From Sphaerodactylus townsendi (taxonomy: Eukaryota), in NCBI RefSeq assembly GCF_021028975.2, contig NC_059439.1:23570294-23624000 (forward strand): a stretch of 53,707 nt of DNA, in the 5' to 3' direction. The notes under the pieces were generated by a model. The model was not told the origin of the DNA. It did no database searches and worked only from the letters and a program-made list of their open reading frames with translations. This document shows, in pieces, positions 12,148-23,802 of the stretch. The translations under genes were made by a program, and so were the position numbers. Position 1 is the stretch's first letter; the number at the start of each line of letters is the position of its first letter.

Positions 12148-14300
12148 TTGATAAACCTAAACAGGGGGATAGTGCGCAGGAAGCTGAAAGGGAAAATCAA
12201 GAGAGTCAAAAATGTCCAAGATGCTTGGAGGTTATTTAAAAACACAGTCTTAAAAGCTCAACTGGAATGTGTTCCACAGGTTAGGAAAGGCAGCGCCCAG
12301 TCCAAAAGAAAGCCACCATGGTTAACAAGGGACGTTGAGGAAATTATTAGGGAAAAAAAGATGTCTTTTAGAAAATGGAAGTCCAACTTAACTGATAAAG
12401 AATACCAGAGAGAACACAAATGGTGGCAAAAGAGAAGCAAGTTAGCTGTAAGGGAGGCAAAAGGATTATGAGGAATGGCTATTGTGAACATCAAACCAGC
12501 AACAACAGTTCTTCGGCACATCAAAAGCAGAAGCCACAAGGGAAGCGTAGTCTGCTAGATGATTAAAAGGAACAGCAGGTGTTAAAAGATGACAGGGAGA
12601 TTGCAGAAAGTCGAAATGAATTTTGCATTCATCCCAAGAGGAGGAGGAAAAATTCTGCACCTGGAAACTTTCAAGCTTTAGAGGCTTAACTATGAACTAA
12701 CAAAGATAGTAGATAAGCGAAGAAGTCTGCAGCCATTGATAACCAAATGCTACAACCTCTTGCCCAGATTGTCTACCCAAGAGTTCTTAAAGAGCTCCAA
12801 GCATGAAATTGCTGATGTTCACCTAATATGCAACTTATCCTGAAATCAGGTTCATCCGAAGACTGGAAGATGGCCACTGTCACACCAATCTTAAGAAAGG
12901 ATCTAGGGGGACCTGAAATTATGGCAGGCCAGTCAGTTTGACATCTGTTCCTGTAACTAGTGAGAATCTGGTCATTAAAGATAAATGAGAAAACATGTAC
13001 AAAAGCAAACCCGCTGAAAGAGTCGTACATGGCTTTTGCAGAGGCAACCGTCTTACAACTTACTATATTCTTGAGGATGTAAATAGTATGTGGATAAGTG
13101 GGGAACCAGTGGATTGTCTACTTGATCAAAAGGCTTTTGACAAAGTTCCTCAATAGAGACTATTGAGAACCTAGCAATGAAGGAATAAGAGGAAGTCCCC
13201 CAGGATTAAAACTGGTTGAGAAACAGGTGCCAAAGAGTGGTAAATGGAAATTCTCCGCCAATGAGAGATGTGAGTGAAGTCCCCATGATCCGTGATAGAC
13301 CAGTGTTTTAACCTATTCGTTACAATGACTCAAGTAGGGTGGGTAGCGTGGTGGCTAAGCTTGCAGATGCATACCAATTATGGGTGGTGAGGAACCACAA
13401 GGATTACAAGAGCTCCGGCGACCTTTGATAAATTAGGTGAGGCTAAGAATGGCAATGCAGTTCAATGTAGCAAAATGCAAAGTGATGCACATATTAGCAA
13501 AAATCCAAACCACATAAGACGCTTACAGGTCAGTGCTATCAGTCACAGGTCAGAAAGGATTTAAGTGTCTAGTTGATAGTTCCATGGAATGTCAACTCAC
13601 GTATGCAGCCAGAAAAGGCAAACCTCATGCCAGATAATCAGGAAAGAATTGATAATAAACTGCAAAGATTGTCATGTCTTTATATAAAGCCGGTGTGACC
13701 AGCCACTTGTATACCAGGTTCAGTTCTGGTCACCACATCTCAAAGGATATTTGGAAGAGACAGAAAGCGCGAGAAGGCGCAACGATGATTGAGGACTGAC
13801 AATCTTCCTTATGAGGAAAGGCTGCAGCGCTTGGGGACTCTTTTTTTTTAGTTTGGAGAGGAGACGCCTGAGTGGGGATTATGATTGAAGTTCATAAAAT
13901 TGCGCATGAAATTGACAGAGAAGCTTCTTCGTACCAGAACCAGGGCATTCAATAAAAAAAAATGCTGGGGAAGAATTAGGCCAATAAAGGAAACACTTCT
14001 TCACGAACGCGGTGATTGGTGTTTGAATATGCTGCCACAGGAGGTGCAGATGCCACCAACCTGGATAGCTTTAAAAGGGCTGACAGATTTATGAGGAGAA
14101 GTCAATTATGGCTACCAATCTTGATCCTCTTGATCTGAGATTTGCAACGTTCCTTAACAGTCCAGGTGTTCGTGAGCACGAGAAGGCCATTATTATCCCA
14201 CATGTGAATCTCAAAGGCACCCAGGCCACCAAGCAGAGAGCTGGACTAGATGGACTCTGGTCTGATCCAGCTGGCTTGTTCTTATGTTCTTATGTTCTTA
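12148..14300 (+). mobile_element. CR1 LINE, 5'-truncated, heavily indel-disrupted ORF2
   Basis: ORF 12148-12471 (AWRLFKNTVLKAQLECVP..KPPWL) is CR1 ORF2-like; colinear with the 26772-28066 copy; (TTCTTATG)n tail near 14280-14300. Confidence 0.9.
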
Positions 14301-14876
14301 GGTCTGGGTATGGTGAACAACCTGCACCAACCTATGTTACTAGTGGTGGAAAGGTCCCAACTAGCCCTGTTGCCCCCACCATCAGTGTCAAGGGTCTGCC
14401 ACAACAAACAGCAGCTTTGGGAGGTGCCCCAGCATGTGGATGATGGACAGCTTGGTTTTTATTCCTCCATTTGTTTGAAGGTTGTGTTGGTTGTCCCCCT
14501 TCCTTCTGTCTTCCACCTTGCCACCTTGTCATGCATTGACAGGAGGTGAAGATGATAAGCAGAGGCTTCCTTCCTGCCTGTCCTTGCCATCTTGCCTCAG
14601 CGTGACGGGCAAGGGGAATGGGCAGTGGCTTTTACTGCACATTGGTGTGCGGGAGGGTACAATGAGTGGTCTTTTTCCCTCAATGCAGGGGGAGGCAGCA
14701 AAGTCTTTCAGCTAGCTCTGCAAGTACCTGGAATGATGACCTCTAGGATATGCTGTTTATATTGCCTAAAATTCAAATAGAATAAAATGCATAGACAAAT
14801 AAAGGGACATGCAGGGATCTGGGGGTCTCCTATCACTGGCCTTTTATTTTTGCCTTATTTTATTTACAAGATTGAT

Positions 14877-15200
14877 AAGAACATAAGAACATAAGAACAA
14901 GCCAGCTGGATCAGACCAGAGTCCATCTAGTCCAGCTCTCTGCTACTCGCAGTGGCCCACCAGGTGCCTTTGGGAGCTCACATGCAGGATGGGAAAGCAA
15001 TGGCCTTCTGCAGCTGTTGCTTCCAATCACCTGGTCTGTTAAGGCATTTGCAATCTCAGATCAAGGAGGATCAAGATTGGGAGCCATAGATCGACTTCTC
15101 CTCCATAAATCTGTCCAAGCCCCTTTTAAAGCTATCCAGGTTAGTGGCCATCATCACCTCCTGTGGCAGCATATTCCAAACACCAATCTCACGTTGCGTG
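14877..15200 (-). mobile_element. CR1 LINE 3' fragment
   Basis: (CATAAGAA)n tail; WNMLPQEVMMATNLDSFKRGLDRFMEEK. Confidence 0.9.
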
Positions 15201-15328
15201 ATATCCTGCCTTTCAATCTGATGAGGTCCACAAAAGCAACAAGCAGTTAAAACAAAGCATTGTGAAAACACCTCCTAAAAACAAAGTATTTATAAAAACA
15301 AGTACATCACAGCTGCTTATTTAATGCA

Positions 15329-15579
15329 TACCTCTGTTTCTCCCAAAGAATATGGACAATCCTTAAAAAAAAAAAAAAATAAGACATTGCAGGTTTTGCA
15401 GAAGGGAAGTGCAAAATATAAGGCATCACCCGAAAGTAAGACATAGCAAAGTTTTTGTTTGGAAGCATGCCCGATGAACAGAACACAGACAAATAAGACA
15501 TACCCTGAAAATAAAACAGCACATCTTTGGGAGCAAAAATTAATATAAGACACTGTCTTATATTCGGGGAAACATGGTA
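15329..15579. mobile_element. Tc/mariner-like MITE with AATAAGACA subrepeats
   Basis: Right end GTCTTATATTCGGGGAAACATGG-TA with a degenerate inverted left end; repeated AATAAGACA motifs. Confidence 0.5.
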
Positions 15580-16125
15580 TTTCTCACAGTGTTATAAAGT
15601 ATGTCCTTTTACAGATTCCTGGAATCACTGAAAAATAATACAGAGACTGATCCACCAACACTCCATTATTACAGAAAATCAAGGAATATAGAGCAATCAG
15701 CAATTCATAATTATCATCAAGAATAAATGCTTTACACCTGATCCTGATTGCCAATAAAGGTTTCACAAAAACCTTCTGGAAGTGTTCCAAAGAACTGGAA
15801 AAGTTCTGTGAGTGGGTGAGGGTGTGGGTGTGTGCACGCACACACAGCATCATAGATAAGGCAGACAAAAGGGTCTCCCACAATCTCAATCCATGAAATA
15901 TATCGCTCTCCCGTCACAAAGGTAAAAACCAACATTTTGAATTCAACCCAAAACTTATTTTGGACCCAGAGCTAGTTATCCTGCAAACACCAAGAGGTTG
16001 TTATCCTTATCTTACACAAATGTTACCCCCAGACGGAATCCCAACATCTACAGCTTGAAGGAAGTGACAGGAAGTGAGCTGTTATTCCTTTGAAAAGTGA
16101 TGGCTGGCAAAGCAACCCTGTAGGG

Positions 16126-16258
16126 CATAGGTGTCAGTCTTAGAGTCCTTCAGGATAAAGAGTGGATCACAGTTCCTTCATCTCCCGCCAGCATCAGGCG
16201 CAGGATGATGGGAACTACAATCCATAACATTCGAGGTCATGAAGTTTGAGCACCTGTG
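16126..16258. mobile_element. Short hAT-like MITE
   Basis: CATAGGTG...CACCTGTG termini; 8-bp TSD CTGTAGGG/CTGTAGGA. Confidence 0.65.
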
Positions 16259-16802
16259 CTGTAGGATTTCTAAGTGGAAACAGGTGTCTCACAGATACAA
16301 GATCTCCCATGGCTCAAGAACCTACAAGGGGCTGTTATTACTTCCTATGCATTTCTATATGATGATTGTAAAATATGATTCTGATTATCAGAGTTAGATG
16401 GAGAGAATGACTCTGGGAAAGGATCCTATCCCCAGTCCACTGTGGCCCTGCATCCCCATATGAGGGTGGGGGGTGCCTGCCTAACCAGCCCACAGGAGAA
16501 GATGCCTGACCATAGCAGCTGGGAGAGGCAGAAAGTATTATTCCTCACAGCAGCAAGGTGAGGCTGGGTGTAGAGGCCCTTTACCATCCCTCACTGTGGG
16601 ATGCCTGGGACTGGTGATCCCTATCTGCAGCTAAGCCAGTTGAATCCGGTGACTAGAGGGATGGTCCTAGAGGGGAGTGGTCCTGGGGACCAGGTTGTGC
16701 TAATGTATGTCGACAGCCCACCAAACTATCAGGACTCTTCCTGGTGGCCTTAATGGCCCTTCTATTCCTGCTGATTATGGTGGTGATTTCTATCATGACA
16801 TG

Positions 16803-17194
16803 CAGAGGTGGGATCCAGCAGGTTCTTACAGGTTCCCGAGAGTAGGTTACTAATTATTTGTGTGTGCCGAGAGGGGGTTACTAATTGGTGATTTTGCCAC
16901 GTGATTTTTGCCTTAGTTACACCCCTCCTCTCAGCAGTAGTGCGCAGAACTTGAAGCAGTCTAGCAGGAGGTGCACCGGTGTGCGTGGCAGCCTGCGCCT
17001 GCGTGCATTCGTTTCCTGTCCAAGGACCGGTGCAGTGGCTGCATCCTTGCCACAGCCCCGCCCAGGAATGCCACGCCCCTGGAATGCCTGGCCACACCCC
17101 CATCATGCCCCACCCAGCCCCATTGGCGCAACGCCACAGTTTGAATCCCACCACCATGGGAACCTGTTACTAAAATTTTTGGATCCCACCACAG
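16803..17194. mobile_element. Non-autonomous hAT transposon
   Basis: TIR CAGAGGTGGGATCCA/TGGATCCCACCACAG; perfect 8-bp TSD ATGACATG. Confidence 0.85.
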
Positions 17195-17314
17195 ATGACA
17201 TGGACATGCAGTGCCTCCTGAAAATGTCTAGAAAGTGTCCACCTCACTTCCTCATTCCATCAAAAGAAGACACTATCGCATAGGCATTATCTTGAACCAA
17301 TGTAAGCAAGACAA

Positions 17315-17603
17315 GAAGAAGAGTTACTTTAACTTTTCCTAACTGTACTTTTCTTAACTGTAAGGTGTCTCAAAGCAGCTTACAGTCACCTCCACTTCCT
17401 TTTCCTACAACAGATACCTTGGGAGGTGGGGGAGGCTGAGATCATTCGGAGAGAACTGACACCAGCCCAAGGTCACCCAAAAGGCTTCATGCAGGATTGG
17501 AAAAAAAAAACTTGGTTCACCATCACTTAGTCCATCACCCATCTGGAGGAGTGGGCATCAAACCTGGTTCTTCAGATTAGAGTCCGCCATTCTTAACCAC
17601 TGC
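17315..17603 (-). mobile_element. tRNA-derived SINE (Squam3-like), diverged
   Basis: Reverse-complement similarity to the full copy at 42888-43181. Confidence 0.7.
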
Positions 17604-17609
17604 TCAGTT

Positions 17610-18330
17610 TCAACAACTGACTACCAAACAGAGAGAAATGTTGTATATAATCACTTCGAGTGAAATAGCAGCCATCGAGTCACCGGTGGCAGCCATTGCG
17701 GCAGAGGTGAGCAGCACAAGGCAAAAGGGATGGGGCAGCCAGCTTTGAGGGTGCAGTTGCAGGGAGCTGCAACGATTGGCCCGAGCTGCAAAGGCGGGAA
17801 CAGCAGAGCACCACGCCCCGAGCCTCGGCATTCTTGGCTAGCCAAGGCTCAAGAGCGACGTGACCCACCCACCCTCCCAAGTTACAATTGTTAATGGTTG
17901 ACATGTTGCAAATGATTTTATTGTTATACTTGCACTTTTGTCGCAGCCCGGCGGGTTGGCAATGGAATCGCAACATCTGTGAGGAGAAGCCGAGCCGGGT
18001 GGCCGGTCTTCTCCATGGTTGGTGCCCTTAAGGAAAAGCCTGGGGGTGGGGCAGGCCGGTAAGCAAGCTGGTAGGCTTAGCTGGTGCCCGCCACCCCAGC
18101 AGGAAGGGTTGACACCAAGGGTATCCAGCTGCACGGTGGCTCCCTGCATTCCTGCCAACGCCCCGAATAGGGATTACCGTGGACCAGCATGGACTTGGCA
18201 TACAGCAACGGTATTGGACCTGCTGATGTTGCGATCCATTTGTCTCCCAGCTTCTTGATGTTATGTTATTAATTAATAAATTGGGCTGTGGTCCAATCTA
18301 TTTCCAAGCCCTTGTTGTGTTTTATTTGCC
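17610..18330 (+). mobile_element. GC-rich dispersed repeat, possibly a DIRS/Ngaro-type remnant
   Basis: Shares ends (TAAATAGCAGC..GCAGCCATTGCGGC; AATAAATTGGGCTGYGG) with the inverted copy at 46190-46975. The class assignment is inference. Confidence 0.45.
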
Positions 18331-19002
18331 GGGGAAGGGTCTACACCATCTGCACGCAATAAGTGGCAAATTACTCTGACATTAGACAAATAGAAGCTAT
18401 ATAGGATTCTTTATTTTACTCTTTTTTGGTAAGGCTCAAGGCAGGCCACATTTTTTAAAGATGTAACGATAATACTATAAGGCATGACATACCAGTGCAT
18501 TAAGGTACAGCCCTATTTCTTTCATAGAAGCTATAGCCTTAACAATTAGGTTTTATTACATGATAGAGAATCATCAATCTTGTTTCATGGATGAGGCACC
18601 AAAACAGGAGAAATAGCCACATTGTTTCAATGTCCTAGAGCAAGGAGCAAGCCCAAGCAAGCCTGCTCAGAAGTAAGTCCCATGTTGGTCAATGGGGCAT
18701 TCTCTGGGGGAAGTGTTTTTAGTTTTACACTGAATCTTGGAATGTGCTTGCAATTATTGATCCTGTTCTTTCTGGAAGATAAATAAGGGCTTAATTAGCT
18801 AATTCACAATTATCATTAATGCCTCTCCCGAGATGATGACTGTTGAGTGAGGACAATCAAATCCCAAAAGTGTCTAAAGGTAAATCACATAATGAAACTG
18901 AGTAACCAGTGTAAAGTCTTTCCCAGTCACAGGAGTTCTTTGGTGTGTTCAGAGGTAGGTGAATCATGATATCATCTTTCTTTATCATTTAACACTGAGA
19001 AT

Positions 19003-19250
19003 GAAGAAGAAGAGTTTGCCCCCCCCCTTCTTTCCTGTAAGAGACTCAAAGGGTCTTACAAACTCCTTTCCTTTCCTCTCCCCACTGCAGACACCTTGTG
19101 AGGTCGGTGAGGTTGAGACTAGCCCCAGGTCACCCAGCAGGAATGTAGGAGTGGGAAAACAAATCCGGTTCACTAGATAAGACTTGCCACTCATGTGGAG
19201 GTAGGAATCAATCCCGGTTCTCCAGATTAATCCACCACTCAAAACCACAA
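19003..19250 (-). mobile_element. tRNA-derived SINE (Squam3-like)
   Basis: Similarity to 42888-43181; (GAA)n tail. Confidence 0.7.
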
Positions 19251-19352
19251 GATCACACTGGGGAGGAAAGAATGGGTGATACTACCTCAGTTGACAGAGG
19301 AAGTCTTACTTGTTTAATAAACAAGCAAATGCTCCCCTTAATGCTTCACATA

Positions 19353-19493
19353 GGCCCCTTCTGCACACGCAAAATAATGCATTTTCAAACCACTTTCACA
19401 ACTGTTTGCAAGTGGATTTTGCCATTCCGCACAGCTTCAAAGAGCACTGAAAGCAGTTTGAAAGTGCATTATTCTGCATGTGCGGAATGAGCC
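19353..19493. mobile_element. 141-bp MITE, Harbinger-like (family A)
   Basis: GGCCCCTTCTGCA...TGCGGAATGAGCC, TSD ATA; near-identical copies at 32496, 34161 and 48439. Confidence 0.85.
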
Positions 19494-20641
19494 ATAGTAA
19501 ATAAGGACCATACTGAGCCAGGTGGGTTAATAATAATGTGCTAGTTCTTTAAAAAGTGCTTGCCAGGATTACTGCTTATCTGCAATCTGAACGAACACAG
19601 CCTGGTATACTTGCTTTGACATTCTAATGCATTTTGATTTATGTGTCACTTTTGAAACAGAGAAAAGCCACAGGACTGTGGAAGTGCTAGCAAAGGGAGT
19701 CTGGGAAAGGTGTTAGCAACAGACACATATTGCCAAAAAAGATAATGATGAATGTCTATTGTGAAATGAATAAGGAAAATTTAGAAGTGGAGCATTTCTA
19801 TTACATGAATCCTTTATTGGTTCACATTGAATGTACCCATCTAAGATGTAACAAGGTCTGAAGAAGGCGAGGTTGAGGAGGGACATGATTGATCTCTTTA
19901 AGTATTTGAAATGGTATCATTTAGAGAAGGGCAAAGAGCTTTTCAGAGAGCCAGCCTGGTGTAATGGTTGAGCGGTTGACTTAGATCTGGAAAACCCAGG
20001 TTCCAATCCCCACTCTGCCATGGAAACTTTCAGAGTGACCAGGACCAGTCACACATGTTCAGCCTCAACCCTGGCCAGTATTTGGATGGGAGACCTGCAA
20101 GGAATACCAGGATCATGGTGTCAAGGCAGGCAATAGCAAATCTCCTCCAAATGTCTCTTGCCTTGAAAACGCTACAGGGTCACCATAGATCAGTGAGGTC
20201 ATCATCTGGATTAATATAACATCCATTCAGAAACACCACAAAGGGATTGAATCTCACCAGTTTTTCAGCAGTTATTCTTGGGACAGGATGGCAAAAAAGG
20301 GGGGAGCTATTCCTGTTGGCAGCAGAGAGTAGGACTTGCAATACTGACTTTCAGTTTCAGAGTTTTCAAACAAGAATAGTTTAGCAGTGGCATCAGCTGC
20401 CTAGGGAGGTATTGAGCTCCCCCTCATTGGTAATCTTCAAGCTTTGACTAGACAAACACTTCTCAGAGATGATTTAGGCTGATCATGCGTTGAGCAGGAG
20501 AGTTGGATTAGATGTCTGTATGGACCCTTCCAGCTCTGTGATTCTATGGACTGTCCTTCAGCAACTACAAAAAAGGTAATACACAAAGCCTTTCAGTTCT
20601 CAGCAATGGATTGTCCTTCGGTAACTGCAAAAAAGGTAATA

Positions 20642-21457
20642 CTGTATATACTCATGTATAAGTCGAATTTTTCAGCACATTTTTAATGCTGAAAAAGCTC
20701 CCCTCGACTTATATGCTGGTCATTAAATTTTTTGTGTTTTTTTACTTTGCCAGCCAGCAGGGGGCGCAGTTTTAATGCTAGCGTCACCAAAATTTCAGGG
20801 TACCCTCAGAAGACACTCCTGAGGGTACCAGCCAAGTTTGGTAAAGTTTGGTTCAGGGGGCCCAAAGTTATGGACCCCCAAAGGAGGTGCCCCCATTCCC
20901 CATTGTTTTCAATGGGAGATATTAGTAGATGAGGCTACCCTTTTGAGGGTCCATAACTTTGGATCCAAAGTTATTGATCCCCAAAAGGGTGCCCCATCCC
21001 CCATTGTTTACAATGGAAGCTAATAGTAGATTTTCCATTTCTGATAATATCCCTCTTAAAATCTAAGTTAGGTTACATTTGGACATACAGATGATGATGA
21101 GGAATCCAGTTTTGAAGGATTTTAACTCCTGTGTTTTAGCTTGGTTGCTGATTGAACTAAGGTTTTTGTACTTTTAAAGTTACTGTTGAGACTATATTGT
21201 TCTTGTTGACCCTCTTTTCCATTTACAGAGCCAGTTTACTGTTTTTCTTTGAAATAAATATTCAAAAACATTTAACCTACTGATGCCTCAATTGATGTAA
21301 TTGTATTGGTATCTATTTTTATTTTTGAAATTTACCAGCAGCTGCTGTATTTCCCACCCTCGACTTATACGCGAGTCAATAAGTTTTCCCAGTTTTTTGT
21401 GGTAAAATTAAGTGCCTCGACTTATATGCGGGTCGACTTATACACGAGTATATACGG
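20642..21457. mobile_element. Tc2/pogo-like non-autonomous DNA transposon
   Basis: TIR CTGTATATACTCATGTATAAGTCGA / TCGACTTATACACGAGTATATACGG, TA TSD; empty site GGTAA-TA-CCTTTC in the paralog at 34601-34613. Confidence 0.88.
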
Positions 21458-21848
21458 TACCTTTCACTTAGGTTCTTAGCAAGGGAGTGAACAGATCTCT
21501 ATCACATCCCTCTTTCATTTCAATTTTGTTTGTGTCAAGTATGGGTGCAAGGAATCGCTGTCCCATTCTGGTGAAGAAGGATAAAAGTAATGAGAAAAAG
21601 ATAAAACTAAAATATTGGTTGATGAAGGGAAAGACAGGCAATAAAAATAACTTTTTAAGACAAATAACTCAAAATTCATGTTTAAATGCTTTCCATCTAT
21701 CCACATTGTGCACACCTGCAATTATTCTTGGATGGCTACTATAACATGCGTTAGCAGAAATATGGCAGGTGAGTAGATAAAAAAAAAGGTAGAGGCTTGT
21801 TACTACACCTCCAGAAACAATAAACCATTTATCTCTCCTCCAGACACT

Positions 21849-22808
21849 ATGAAACACACAGAAGACACTGAAGAAAATCAGACCAGCATCACAGAATTCA
21901 TTCTTGTTGGGTTTGCCAACCATCCTGAACTTCAGGCCCCCCTTTTCATCATCTTCCTTCTAGTGTACACAATAACTCTGACTGGAAATGTCCTCATCAT
22001 TCTCATCACAACAATGGACTCTGCCCTTCAGAGTCCCATGTACTTCTTCCTCCGGAACTTGTCCTCCTTGGAAATCTGCTTCAATTTGGTCATTGTCCCA
22101 AAGATGCTGGTGAACTTTTTGGTGGAGAATAAATCCATCTCCTATGCTGGTTGTGCTACACAAATGTATTTCTTCTTCTTCTTTGGTGCTGCAGAGTGCT
22201 GCCTTCTTGCTGCGATGGCGTATGACCGATACGTTGCCATCTGCAACCCGTTACGCTATCCTGATATCATGAACAGAAGGGCGTGCTTCCAATTGGCCAG
22301 TGCTTCCTGGTTCTCAGGCTTCCCTGTGTCTACTGTCCAGACCACATGGATATTCAGCTTGCCGTTTTGTGGACCTAACATAGTCAACCACTTCTTCTGT
22401 GACAGTCCTCCAGTACTGGAACTGGCCTGCGCTGATACCCACATGTTTGAACTGGAAGCTCTGACAGCCACCGTACTCTTCATCATGTTTCCTTTCCTCT
22501 TGATTCTTCTCACGTACGTTCGCATCATCACTACCATCCTGAGAATGCCTTCAGCGGAAGGCAGACACAAAGCCTTTTCAACCTGTTCATCTCACCTTGT
22601 TGTGGTTACTCTGTTTTATGGCACAGCCACCTCAACCTACTTCAGACCAAAATCTAGCTATGCTCCAGACACAAAGAAGATCCTCTCTCTCTCCTACACT
22701 GTCATCACTCCCATGTTAAATCCCATCATCTACAGCTTGAGAAACAAGGAAGTAAAAGGTGCATTGAAGAGAACACTGGGCAGGATAATGTTTGTGCACC
22801 AAAAATAA
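21849..22808 (+). CDS. Olfactory receptor (family 10A-like), intact, 319 aa
   Basis: ENQTSITEFIL, LQSPMYFFLRNLS, MAYDRYVAIC, HFFCDSPPVL, KAFSTCSSH, PMLNPIIYSLRNKEV. Confidence 0.96.
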   Translation: MKHTEDTEENQTSITEFILVGFANHPELQAPLFIIFLLVYTITLTGNVLIILITTMDSALQSPMYFFLRNLSSLEICFNLVIVPKMLVNFLVENKSISYAGCATQMYFFFFFGAAECCLLAAMAYDRYVAICNPLRYPDIMNRRACFQLASASWFSGFPVSTVQTTWIFSLPFCGPNIVNHFFCDSPPVLELACADTHMFELEALTATVLFIMFPFLLILLTYVRIITTILRMPSAEGRHKAFSTCSSHLVVVTLFYGTATSTYFRPKSSYAPDTKKILSLSYTVITPMLNPIIYSLRNKEVKGALKRTLGRIMFVHQK

Positions 22809-23802
22809 TTTTGTTTTGCGGTAGTGCCAACTGCATAATCCTGTTTCCCACTTTGTTTCCAGTGTAGTTTGCAGAGGTAGCAGAGGTAGTTTGCCATTGT
22901 CTTTCTCTACAGAGGAAGCCAGTGTAGTTTGCAGAGAAGCAGAGGTAGTTTGCCATTGTCTATCTCTACAGAGGAAGCCATTGACCCTGCTTAGCTTCTG
23001 AGGAGATCAGGCTAAATCATGCCACCTTTCCTCCTACTCTTCCATGGTTCATTTTTAAAGTATTGTGTTATTGACACAATATGGTGGTCTTTGCAGTGCA
23101 TTTCATTTTTTAAAATGTGTCATTTTACTCTACCATTTTCAAATGTTGATGATAAAAGAAATTCTGATAGCGGTGGATAAAATCCACATATAAACTTGCT
23201 CGTTACTGTAGAAATTATTTCCCACCCCTACATTCTACCCTTTAAAAGCAGTGGCTTAAAATGTTGGCAACTCTAAAGCTGAGTGTCATATTCAAAATGT
23301 TGGCTTGTTTTCAAAGTGATCACTTTGAAGTAACAACTAGCTTGTCCATGTTTAATGTACCTCTAAAATTACAAAGAAAATAAATGTACCATTAATTGCC
23401 GAATCACTATCTAAGACAAACTCCCCCTATATACTGTTTGCGTCTACCAAACAAATTAGGAAGGAAAATGTGATGAGTTATGAAATGGTCTTTATATCTA
23501 CAATTAGCTGCATTTATTGTCCCAACAATCTCTAACACAGATGGAAATGTAGCAGATGGTAACCATTCAAATGAACTGATTATAAATATCAGCACAAATC
23601 AAGACAAACATATAGCTTTAAAATAAAACAAATTTCTTCAGATTCATTAGTATTGAAGACACAATGTTAGGACAAAAAGCCTGAGCACATATTTCACAAT
23701 GGTGATCGTTTCAAAGGATCTTTACAAGTGAGTTAGCTTCTGTCTTACTCAGTCTTCTATAACTTCTATAACAGTTAAACCATTTCTATCATTCAAGTGA
23801 AT

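Larger units (their letters stand above)
20060..22866 (+). repeat. Segmental duplication copy 1 (paralogous to ~33880-36043)
   Basis: Colinear similarity of the upstream flank, OR CDS and ~55 bp of 3' flank. Confidence 0.9.

Noticed and set aside
20070-20112. Possible 5S rRNA gene
   Set aside because: Partial, diverged and attached to a SINE tail.
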